64,000 nucleotides of DNA. Origin: Cetorhinus maximus (Eukaryota). The notes beneath the pieces were generated by a model that did not search any database, had not been told where the DNA came from, and saw only the letters and a program-made list of their open reading frames with translations. Below, in pieces: positions 53,656-64,000 of this stretch (position 1 is its first letter; each line of letters begins with the position of its first letter). Location of the stretch: contig NC_135902.1 of NCBI RefSeq assembly GCF_964194155.1, forward strand, positions 47,678,001 through 47,742,000, given 5' to 3'. Position numbers and translations under genes: made by a program.

Positions 53656-53930
53656 TAAAAAAAATCTGAAGGCCGCTTGGCCTTTTCGCCTGCCCGCCAA
53701 CCGTAAGGTTGGACGGGCAGCGAAAAATTTAATTAAATTATTACTTTAATGGCCTTAATTGGCCTGTTAATTGTCAGCGGGCACGCTGCCAACTCTTGTG
53801 CCCGCCCGTCAACTGAAATATCGCACGAGTGGGTGGTGATGTCAGGACGCTCACCCGACATCATCGCGCGTCATTTTACGCTCATTGGGGTCGGGCGCGC
53901 GCCCGCCTGACGAGTGAAAAGCTCCGGCCC
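53656..53930. mobile_element. Half copy of Harbinger-like MITE
   Basis: ccaaccgtaaggttggacgggcag...gtgaaaagctccggccc; homologous to the right half of 44564-45199. Confidence 0.8.
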
Positions 53931-54059
53931 CTCTGGCCCTGGTCATTTCAGCAACATTGGAGAGGAAAGGGAAGCTGGAGATGGGGAAGTAATTTGCCAG
54001 GATAGAGAGATCACAAAATGCTTCTTTGAGAATTTTTGTTTTTATTCTTTGAAAGAGAT

Positions 54060-55128
54060 CCGGCCAGCAAACCTTTGCCAGCCACAGCTTTCTCTCCCAT
54101 GCCGCCCACAGAGCGACACCAGCCCCTCAGGAGCTTCACACTCCATGAGCTACGTGACGATTAAAGGCGTCGCACGTACACACGCTGACTCATGTACCTT
54201 ATCCCAGCATGGCCGACGCTCAGAGCACCCGGGACTCCCGGGAACAGGCTACTCCACAGCTCTCCGAGCAGGACCTGCACCAAGATGGAGGCATCTTAGG
54301 AACTCAGGGTCCACGTGGCCTCCCAGTTCCACCAAAGTAGCCTGGCTTAAGACCACAGGGGCGGTGAATGCCTTGGCACAGTGACTGAGAACCTGGACCC
54401 AGTGCCGTAAAAGCTTTAATGACCTTCTGCGCTATGGTAAGGTGAATGAGGCTCTCCTCTAACACATACAGCCTGGCCTTGCTGTGTGCAGCATGGCCGG
54501 CCTCGTGTCTACACTGTACACATGATGCTCGGCGATGAGGCAGCAGCAAACCTCCATGGCCGAGGGGAAACAATTTATGCTCATGGGAAATTGGGAGGAA
54601 ATTGGTGGAGAGAATGTGAGACCCCTTGCAGACGTCTCCAAGCCTCGATGAGACCGCACTTCACTCTTTCTATCTTTGCCTTTCAGGAGGAGAGAGCCCA
54701 CAATGTGAGGGGGATGCTGAGGACCGGGGTTGGGCCCCCCAAACCTGAAAAGGTGGGAAGGAAAGGGAGGGCACCTCCTTTGCCCTGTGCACATTGGGGG
54801 CACCATTCCCAAGATGGTACCCCCGTTTCTGCCTCCCATCCGTCCTCCAAAACCTGACCCCCCCCCCCACCCCCTCCCTATGGTCCACAATTCCTCCCCA
54901 TCCAAAACCCCTGGGATTCACTTTTGAGTCCACTTGCTACAATCTTTCTCTGGGACTGGGCGTAGTTCCAACAGTGACCACTACTGAGCTCTGGCGCTGC
55001 TGGGACTCAGACTGGCCGGCAGCTCTCCTGGGCAGGACCTCCTGTCCCTGAGGGATGGAAGCCCCACTCTCATCTCACTAAGGCTGCCCCCAGTGAGCAA
55101 AGCGCCTCCCCCGGGTAATATTCAGCCC
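54060..55128 (+). mobile_element. Harbinger derivative with decayed Myb/SANT-like ORF
   Basis: TKVAWLKTTGAVNALAQ*LRTWTQCRKSFNDLLRYGK; right end AATATTCAGCCC TIR-like. Confidence 0.65.
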
Positions 55129-55129
55129 C

Positions 55130-55460
55130 CCCTCCACCGTCTCTGAAATCTCCTCCAGTCCCACAACCCTTCAAGATGTGTGAACTGCTCCAATTTTGGT
55201 TTTGTACGTGTCCCTGATTTTCATAGCTCCACCCTTTAGCTGCTTAGGCCCTAAGATCCAGAATTTCCTGCCTGGGTCTCTCCACCTCTCAACTTTAAGA
55301 TGCTTCTTAAAACCTGTCTCTTTGACAAAGCTTTTGGTCACCTGCTCTAATATCTCCCCGTGTGGCTTGGTGTTAAACATTGTTTGATGATGCTCCAAGG
55401 AAGCACTTTGGGGATGTCTTACCAAATTACAGGTGCTATATAAATGCAAGTTGTTGTTTT
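55130..55460 (+). mobile_element. L2 3' fragment
   Basis: Tail ggtgctatataaatgcaagttgttgtt. Confidence 0.8.
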
Positions 55461-56009
55461 TGTAGGTGACCTTTTTTTTAACTGCTTCAGACAGATACAT
55501 AGTGCAGAAATGCGAGGAAAGTCTTTCCATTGCAAACTAAGAAACCAACACTGAATGTGGATAATTCCCACACACACTTATAATAGGTATGCAGTTGGCA
55601 AATCTGCTATAGGGAGATGCAGTGGTCACAATGAGGCTGGAGTGTAATGGCAGTCCAAGTATGTTAGGAATGGAGACTTGATTCCTTCCCTTAAAGGGTT
55701 GGAATTTCAATCTGTCCACCGCCATTTGCTCAGTTATCTGACAGTGGAACAATGGCTTTCCAACACTGGAAAAGAACACGAGTTCCACTAAATAGGCCAA
55801 ATCCATTCGATTTTTAGGGTGCGTTTACATCATAAATGCGACTTGATACAAAGCACAGCCACTTGCCGGTGCAGACACGATGGGCCAAATGGCCTCCTTC
55901 TGTGTTGTTAAAACTCTGTGATTCTGTGACTTTGTACCAATGCGACAGTTATTCAACAACGGCACCTTGACCACCCCGAGGCACTTCATAAAAGCTTTAA
56001 CAAACGTTT

Positions 56010-56105
56010 ATAAAAATAAAAATAGCTGGAAAAACGCAGCAGGTCTGACAGCATCTGCGGAGAGAAACACAGTTAACGTTTCAAGTCCGTATGACTCTTC
56101 ATCAG
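56010..56105 (-). mobile_element. Penelope pLTR-derived insertion within an L2 fragment
   Basis: Same pLTR tail as other copies; 5' end at the hammerhead CTGA. Confidence 0.8.
56071..56105 (-). ncRNA. Minimal hammerhead ribozyme core
   Basis: CTGATGA-A-GAGTC-ATACG-GACTT-GAAAC-GTT-AACT; 5' strand of stem I missing. Confidence 0.6.
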
Positions 56106-56950
56106 CATAATGTTAGCAAACATTATTTGACACCAAACCACAATTTAGGACAGGTGACCAAAAGCTTGGTCAAAGAGGTTTTAAGGAGCATCTTAGAGGA
56201 GGAGAGAGCGGTAGGGAGGCGGAGAGATTTAGGAAGGGAGTTCCCGATCTTAGGACCTGGATACCTGAAGGCACGGCTGTGGCAAGGAAATTGGAGATGC
56301 ACAGGAGACCAGAACTGGAGAAGCTCAATTCTCGGAAAGCTGTGGAGCAGTGGTGGGGGGTGGGGAGTGGTTTCAGAGATAGAGAGTGGCAAGGCCATCA
56401 TGCGATCAGATAGATATGGATGTTAAATTGCAGGACTGAGAGCCAGTGAGGGATGGACAGGACTAGGACACAGGCAGCAGAGTTTTGGTTGAGCTTGAGT
56501 GTAAAACAGCGTGTCAATGCAGTCAGAATTCAGTGTTAGGGCCGAAACTGATACTGGGACAAAACGAAGTGGAGGAGGGAGTTACACTCCATTTTGTTTT
56601 GGAATCAGATCAGGCCCCTACACCTGATATATGTTCCATCAATCGGAGTGATGCCATACCCACATTGCATTGACATTAAACTGGTGGTGTGAATGTGCTG
56701 TTGTGAGTCTCACTCGGAGGCTGGCAATGCCCGAGTCCTGGTTCATCTCCTTCAGCACAGGGGGTGGCAGCTAAAAAGAGGCCAGTCAGGCCACACAAAT
56801 TGGTAACATAGTGAATTACCAAACAGGTTTAATGATGGATACGCTCACCGTCACTGTAAAATACAGCCAGTTTTCAAAACCAGATCAAATAGCAGCCGTC
56901 CTGATACAGGTCTCTGAAAAATTAAACAAGCAAAACAGCTATTTCTCTTG

Positions 56951-57138
56951 GAAAAACTCAGCAGGTCTGGCAGCATCTGCGGAGAGGAACACAGTTAACG
57001 TTTCGAGTCCGAATCATTCGGACTCGAAACGTTAACTGTGTTCCTCTCCGCAGATGCTGCCAGACCTGCTGAGTTTTCCCAGGTATTTTTGTTTTTGTTT
57101 TGGATTTCCAGCATCCGCAGTTTTTTGCTTTTATCCAT
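56951..57138. mobile_element. Penelope insertion with 5' inversion forming a perfect palindrome
   Basis: Arms 56953-57014 and 57016-57077; perfect 12-bp TSD CTATTTCTCTTG at 56939-56950 and 57139-57150. Confidence 0.9.
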
Positions 57139-57663
57139 CTATTTCTCTTGCTGTGTATGGCTATTTTTTTTTTTCAGGCTTTTTAAGTGGCAAATGGCAG
57201 ACCGGCCTGAGCAGAACAATGATTCCGACAAGCTGCGATTGGTTTTGGAATTACAGACGTGTGTTTGCCAGCGGAGACAGTGTCTTGCCTCCGAGTTCAA
57301 TCGTGGCTCTGTGGCAACGAACCAGAAAACCAGGTACGTCCAATATGCTCCTTGCTCTGTTTGATACACAGCATTGTCATTGAGAGTCAACCTCAGGGGA
57401 GCCCCAGGCAGCTGCAGACACAAGGGACACCAGCTATTGCCAGGGGTCAGCAACGCCCAGCTCTGCAGCCTCCTGGGGCTCGTCAAGGGCTCATGTGCTG
57501 CTCACCAGCCTGATCGATTGTTTGGAGCTGGGAATTCTTTGCCAGAGGCTCACAGTAACTTGGCCTGTCCATCTTCAGATCTGATTGCCTGTGTCAGTTT
57601 TATGTCTCGAGCCTATGAGTTCACTAGTCGAGTAAACTCGAATTGCACACCTTCATATACACT

Positions 57664-57895
57664 TGTTAGTTGAAGCTCGCTATCAATAACAGAGAGAGAC
57701 CGACAGAAGAACAAACTGTGATTGTTTATTGCAGCGGAAGAAAGAGCACTAAATCCTTCTGTGATCCCACAACCGCCTCCAGCGCTAGACTTACAGTTAA
57801 CCAGGAGCACGCGCTGTACATTGATTGGTCAGTACTGTCACACGGTTAGTCCACTTGCATTCTCTTAAAGATACATGGCACTCCACTTTACCACG
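57664..57895 (-). mobile_element. Solo LTR related to the Gypsy 3' LTR at 39288-39513
   Basis: Reverse complement CGTGGTAAAGTGG...AAGAGAATG...GCTGGAGG...GTGCTCT...CAACTAACA is colinear with that LTR; contains CCAAT and AATAAA. Confidence 0.8.
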
Positions 57896-58443
57896 TTTAG
57901 CCAGTGTGTTCAGGTATGAATTTCATAAGAAGAGAGTTGAGAAGCCGACGGAACAATGAAAGTTTATAGTTTTGCTTGAAAATTAAAGCAGCAGCGTATT
58001 GTCCGGCTATTGAAGAACTCTCCAAAAAAAAAACCAAGATAAATCGCACTAAAAAGTAGGTTATTTCTTCATTTCCTATTTCTGGCAGCCAGACTTTTAT
58101 TTACGCACGTATAAATTTGCCTATTTCCTTTTTCAGCATTTATCTGTTTTTTAACATTCTAGCCGCTATAATGCATTTAATTTTATTTAATTTTTGCTTT
58201 AAAAATGATAACAATGGTATTACTTATAACAACTTTTAACACAATAAATAGATACCAAAATGCATGCAATGAAATCTCTTTTAGAGCAAAAGACATATTC
58301 ATATATTTAACTATATTGAGTAGCAGCATTGTGGCTCTGAAGGTATCGCTTGTTTGACTGAATTTTAAAAACAGCCCTTTGTGTTATTCAGGCTGGTGGT
58401 GACTCTTGAGCCAAACGAACCCACATATGAAGGACTATTAAAG

Positions 58444-58460
58444 AGCCACTAGAGGGCAGA
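58444..58460 (+). promoter_or_regulatory. CTCF motif
   Basis: GCCACTAGAGGGCAG matches the canonical core CCACYAGRKGGCRS. Confidence 0.6.
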
Positions 58461-58499
58461 CAAGGGCAGTCTGAGATTTCCTGATCTATCCTGATGTAA

Positions 58500-58680
58500 C
58501 TCTTTTCGAGTCAAAACAATAAACTAAATTAACAAAAACAAGGGAGAAATCAAGCACAGCCCCTAAGTCAGGTCAGCTGTAAAATCAAGGAAAAACTTTA
58601 AAGGAACCTTACAAACATCAAACTAAGATGTGATTAAAGGGGTCAACAAAACACCCCAGTCCCCGCGGTGCCCAGATGCA
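58500..58680 (-). mobile_element. Tx1/L1-like LINE 3' end
   Basis: WAPRGLGCFVDPFNHILV* followed by a T-rich 3' UTR. Confidence 0.5.
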
Positions 58681-59516
58681 GAGCCTGGTGATTTGTGCTG
58701 CTTGTTCCCAACACTTGAGTCCTTCCTCTCCTCAGACGCAAGTATCTGTGCACAATCTACAGCTCCATCTCCACCTTTTGCCTTCCTGATATTTTTTCAG
58801 GCAGGCTCAGAGAGTTAAACCCAGCTTGGTTGCTTTCGAGGCTGTAACTTTCCCTCAAAGATCTTAGGCTAGGCAATATGATTCGCGAAAAAATAAGAGC
58901 AATGGGCATAAAATACTCGATTCTGGTCGCGGGGGAATATTATGAAGTGAAACATTCACGTTTTTTAGTTGTTCTGGAATGTTCTGCAAACTAGTGCAGA
59001 GAAAGAAACTAATTCGACAGAAGGTAGAGGAATGTGGGCCTGGGACAGTTTCTGTGTGAGCCCTAAATGTGGATCAAAAAGACTTGAAGGCTATGAGTAT
59101 GAGTATGGGTACGTTTGGGTACGATACACGATAGTGCTGGTGTTCTGGTGCTTCACTCATAGTCACCCTTTGTGTAGGGTCGTGAACACTGAAAACCGGG
59201 GGGTTATTCACATGTGGCCCTCAGACCGTGGTCACTGATTGGGAACGAGACCCTGTCTGACCATTCTTTTTCCCCCTGTCCCCAGCCTAAACCAATGACT
59301 AGGTCCATTATAATGCTGACTCTTTCAATTAAATTTGTCCACTCAGCATAAGCCAGTGCGTACGTGAAAACAATTGCGACCTTTGTCCCGTGAGAGCATG
59401 TACCTTGCGCAAGCATCATCTTCAAATCGATAACCTTGACTTGGACTGCGTGCATTGTCATAAATCTGTAGACAGATTGTGTGATAGCGTCTCAGAGAGC
59501 TGTGAGCGAGTAACTA

Positions 59517-59945
59517 TGTCAGTTGTGGATCAGTGGGTACCATTGTCACTTCTGAGTTAGAAAGTTATGGGTTTGAGTCCCACTCCAGAGACTTGAGTTG
59601 TCACTCCAGCGCAGTACTGAAAGAGTGCTGCACTGTCAGAGGTGCCATCTTTCTGATGAGATGTTAACACTGAAGCCCTGTTAGGTGGATATAAAAGATC
59701 CCTGCCACTACTTCAAAGAAGAGCAGGGAAGCTCCACCTAATATCCTGGCCAATATTTATCCCTCGATCAACATGACTGAAAAAAAAAAACAGAATACCT
59801 GGGTCATTATCATATTGCTGTCTGTGAGATCTTGCTGTGCGCAAATTGGCTGCCGCGTTTCCTACATTACGACAGTAACTACTCTTCAAGAAGTACTTCC
59901 TTGGCTGTAAAGCGCTCTGGGATGTCCAGAGCTGCTTTATAACAG
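59517..59945 (+). mobile_element. Near full-length Deu-domain SINE
   Basis: tRNA-like head; Deu-like core ctgtgcgcaaattggctgccgcgtttcctacattacgacagt...ttggctgtaaagcgct. Confidence 0.85.
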
Positions 59946-60109
59946 CTGCTTCATGTTCCAGCCCTCTCATTGGACAAATAGATGTCGTCTCAAAGAGTCA
60001 GATGAGGGGGAACAAGGGTTGACTTGAGCTCCAGGCTGCAGGCCCACTAAAGCACCAGGTCACAGGAGGAAAACCCCAAATCGATGGAAAAAAAGAAAGT
60101 CTTGGACAA

Positions 60110-60455
60110 TCACAAACATGGCAGCCAATTTGCACACAGCAAGCTCCCACAAACAGGAACATGATAATGATCACATAGTCTCCATTGTGATGTCGATTGA
60201 GGGATAAATATTGACCAGGACATTGGGGATAACCCCCCTGCCCTTCTTCGAAAGAGGTACTGTGGGATTTTTATTTTACACCCACCTGAGAGGGTGGACA
60301 GGGCCTTGGCTTAACCTCAAATTGGAAAGGCTGCACCTCCGACAAGGCAGCACTCCCTCACTGGGTGTCAACCTTGGTTCTTGTGTTCAAGACCTGGAGT
60401 GAGGCTTGAACCTACAACCGCCGGACTCAGAGGGGAGGGTGTTATGCCAACCGAG
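60110..60455 (-). mobile_element. Deu-domain SINE
   Basis: Reverse complement of the same consensus. Confidence 0.8.
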
Positions 60456-60479
60456 CTACTCCAACAGATAGAAGGGTGT

Positions 60480-61014
60480 AAAACAAAAATAAAAATACCT
60501 GGAAAAACTCAACAGGTCTGACAGCATCTGCGGAGAGGAACGCAGTTAATGTTTCGAGTCCATATGACTCTTCAACAGAACTAAGGAAAAATAGAAAAGA
60601 GGTGAAATATAAGCTGGTTTAAGGCGTGGGGGGACAAGTAGAGCTGGATAGAGGGCCAGTGATAGGTGGAGATAACCAAAAGATGTCATAGACAAAAGAA
60701 CAAAGAGGTGTTGAAGGTGGTGATATTATCTAAGGAATGTGCTAATTAAAGGTAGAAAGCAGGACAAGCAAGGGACAGATAGCCCTAGTGGGGGTGGGGT
60801 GAAGGGAAAGAATCGAAATAGGCTAAAAGGTAGAGATAAAACAATGGATGGAAATACATTTAAAAATAATGGAAATAGGTGGAAAAGAAAAATCTATATA
60901 AATTATTGGGGGAGAAAAAGGGGGGGATCGGAAATGGGGTGTGGATGGAGGAGAGAGTTCATGATCTAAAATTGTTGAGCTCAATATTCAGTCCGGAAGG
61001 CTGTCAAGTGCTTA
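60480..61014 (-). mobile_element. Penelope-like element 3' end (ORF C-terminus plus pLTR with hammerhead)
   Basis: LST*QPSGLNIELNNFRS* resembles the GIY-YIG end motif 'TLxPxGLN'; AGTT-CTGTTGA-A-GAGTC-ATATG-GACTC-GAAAC-ATT-AACT at 60582-60544. Confidence 0.85.
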
Positions 61015-63439
61015 GTCACTGCAAGACCTCCAGAAACCAGTCCGCGGTACTTTACAATAGCAGATGTTACTCAAAATGACCTCACCCGCAGGTTACCCAG
61101 CCCCCTGAATAACGTGAGCGTCAGGCCCTCCCTCTCTTGATCCTCGCTGAGTGACAAAGTGGATTTGCCTGGTACAAACATGGCAGCCGGGCATCACACC
61201 AGCTGGTAGGGCTGTGTGACTTCACCAGGAGCTTCTGATGGATGCGGGGGACGCCCACCCTTCCTGAGATGGCGGCACAGTGTGCCGGATGTGCCAGGAG
61301 TGACTGGTAGTGTGGCGTGTACCCCCCAAGGTGCTACCCTCTGTAGCGCCATCTCCAGAGGCCGGCAGGTCCGAATTTCACGCGCTTTAGGGAAAGAAAA
61401 TCAAAATCGTCCATAAAATGACCTGGTGACGAGAGTTGCGGTTATAATATACTTGCATTGCTGGAGAATGTTAGTCTTTGAGTGCGTTGTGGAACTCCAG
61501 TGGGAGCCTCGCCTGTTCCCTCAGACGGACAGAGAGAATCCCATTGCTCAAGTTGAAGAATATTCTTCTGATCTCCCGCAATTTGCCCCGTAACCAACAA
61601 CCACTGAGTACAGGCTGGCTGGTCATTTAACTCATTGTTGTTGCTGGACACACACTGTCTGCCCGCGCCAACAGTGAATAAACTTTGAAAACAGTAATTC
61701 ACTGGCGCTAGAGCTTCCGGAGACACCCTGAAAAATTTACAGGCGCTCTATAAATGCGAGACCATTTTCTTTCTTGCATATTACACAAATCCCAGTTTAA
61801 ATGTTCAGCTATTGCCCATTGAGAAGAGGGTGTGAGCATCACAAATGCTGATGCAGGGTGCGCATGCTCATAAGGACCAACTAATTTGAGGGGGTTTAAG
61901 GACAGCATTATGCATATTCCCACTATTCTAGCAGATTATGTACACAAAAGACTGTAAAGGGGCATTATCACACCAGCCACCAAGAGGCAATTTGTAGAAT
62001 TAGTACAAATTAACAGCACCAAAATATAATTACTATTAGAATGTTGCAAATTTTCCCTGCGTGGTTGAGAAGGGATATAATCACCTATCTTTTGGATAAG
62101 ACGTCAAAACAAAGCCTGTGAACCTGCTGAGATGAATGTAAAGCAGCCGCTGGTATTATCAGAACGAGTGCCGGGGAGTTCTCCCTGTGCCTTGGCCAAC
62201 ATTCTTCCCCACCGTCACCAGAACAGATGAACTGATCATTCGCCTGTCACTCTTTGTTGCAGCCCTGCCTTGTGCAAATCATCTGCTGCATTCGCCCATG
62301 AGATGATACCAGCTACACTCCAGGAGTTACCCTCTTGGCTGTGGAAACTCTTTGCGATGCCCTGGGGTCATGTACAAATGCCAATGCTTCACAACACGGT
62401 GATAAGGTTTGAGAGGTTAGCAGAAGCTGCATATTCCACTCCTGACGTGAATTCCAGATCCTCGAATTTTTCAACCCCGGCACCTAATTGTTTCAGCTGA
62501 GGCAGAAGCTGTTGATATTCATGATTAGATTGGATGGGTGCATGAAGAAAATGAGGACCAAGATATATGGAAACAGGGCAGTTAATGTGTTTAGGGCTAT
62601 CTTGTCACCTGAAGGGTAAATGCCAACATGGATTGGTTGATCAAAAGGCCTGATTTTGCATTGTGACTTCCGTGTCAAAGCTCCCAACAAACAGCTGATG
62701 GTCCAATGCTGGATAACCTCACAATATCACAAACTCTAGTGCTGCATTGACACAGCCAGAAAGGTATTTACATCAGATTTTTAACTCGTGTGAAATGCTT
62801 TAATAATTCTCACCTCTGCTATGGTGGTCCATACTGTCTGTGTGAAACAGCTTCAGTGGTTCCAGTAAAATGTGTCCTCTGTTCAAACAACACCAAGGGC
62901 ACTACTCTCTGCACCCACAAGAGGGCAGTGATGGATCACCTTTCATCTCACAATGCCCAGCTGTTTGGACAAAACTCTGGGGTGAAGTTAGTCAAAGGAC
63001 TGTCATTCACAAAATGCAGGTTTCTCATTTTATCCCAAGGATTAGGGCAGGCGTGGTCAAAAGGGAAAAGAAAATATATTAAAAATGAGTGGGAAGCTAA
63101 AGACAAACTTTAGCTTGACAGGGTAGATGCTGAGAAGTTCCACCTGCCAGGAGAGTCCAGAATGGGATTCAGCAACCTTAAAAACAGCAAAAAAAAAAGT
63201 TAAATATGAGGAAAAACAGGATAGAGACACATTTCAACAATGTTGTAAAGATTTTTATGAAAAAAATTGTTAATTGAATGATATTTTCTCACAAGTACAA
63301 TGTTCATAAAAGTTAAAAGAGAAACAAGCCATTTAAGTGCCATCAAAATGGGTTTGATCCATCGAGGTTGGGAGCCGCAATTGGACTCGTTACCGAGCCA
63401 CACGTGTCTCCAGAGCCACAGGCTGCACACCCCTGCTTT

Positions 63440-63680
63440 AAAACAAGGGGCATGGTCTCAGGATAAGGGGTCAGCCATTTAGGACTGAGATAAGGAGAGA
63501 TTACTTCACTCAGAGGGTTGTGAATCTTTGGAATTCTCTTACCTGAGAGTGCTGTGGATGCCCAGTCGATCGAGTACATTCAAGACCGAATTGGATGGAT
63601 TTTTGGGACCCTAAAGGAATTGAGGAATATGGAGAGTGAGCGGGAAAGTGGAGTTGTGGCTGACAATCAGTCAGGGTCTT
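63440..63680 (+). mobile_element. CR1 3' fragment
   Basis: YFTQRVVNLWNSLP motif. Confidence 0.8.
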
Positions 63681-63689
63681 ATTTTTGTT

Positions 63690-64000
63690 TTATTATTCAT
63701 TCATGGGATGTGGGCTTCACTAGCTGGGTCAGCATTTTTACTGCCCATCCCTAGTTGCCCTTGAGAAGGTGGTGGTGAGCTGCCTTCTTGAACCGCTGCA
63801 GCCCATGTGGTGTAGGTACACCCACAGCGCTGTTAGGGAGGGGAGTTCCAGGAATTTGACCCAGCGACAATGAAGGAACGGCCGATATATTTCCAAGTCA
63901 GGATGGCAAGTGTCTTGGAGGGGCACCTCCAGGTGGCGGTGTTCCCATCTATCTGCTGCCCTTGTCCTTCTAGGTGGTAGTGGTCGTGGGTTTAGGAGTT
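63690..64000 (-). mobile_element. Non-LTR retrotransposon 3' end (ORF ending LQRFKKAAHHHLLKGN*)
   Basis: Coding-like end plus tail gggcaactagggatgggcagtaaaaatgctg...catcccatgaatgaata. Confidence 0.75.

Noticed and set aside
56951-57077. Hairpin as a pre-miRNA or a MITE
   Set aside because: Both arms are Penelope pLTR sequence inside a 12-bp TSD, so it is explained as a retro-insertion with inversion.
56760-57430. E-box and MEF2-like words suggesting a muscle promoter for MYADML2
   Set aside because: MEF2 matches are imperfect and E-boxes are too common to support a call from sequence alone.
57900-64000. Expected NOTUM 3' exons based on human synteny
   Set aside because: No NOTUM-like peptide recognised in any frame.

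Overview
Vertebrate nuclear DNA, most likely a cartilaginous fish (shark-type CR1, L2, Deu-domain SINE, Penelope and Harbinger repeats). It is not prokaryotic, and no CRISPR array, rRNA or true tRNA gene was seen. Three protein-coding genes lie on the minus strand: the 5' part of CEP131 (three coding exons, running off the left edge, with a CpG/CCAAT promoter near 13.3-13.9 kb), a complete 7-coding-exon PYCR1 (312 aa) and single-exon MYADML2 (298 aa). Most of the remaining sequence is repeats: CR1, L2, RTE and Tx1-like LINE fragments, two tRNA-derived SINE families, PIF/Harbinger-like MITEs with 3-bp TSDs, a decayed Gypsy element in a PYCR1 intron with a related solo LTR, a minisatellite and two assembly gaps. 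The most interesting non-genic signal is about a dozen short Penelope-derived insertions. Several carry a minimal type I hammerhead ribozyme, their 5' ends cluster at the ribozyme, and one is a perfect 62-bp-arm fold-back centred on ribozyme stem II. Gene and repeat identities come from recalled homologues, not database searches, and repeat boundaries are approximate.
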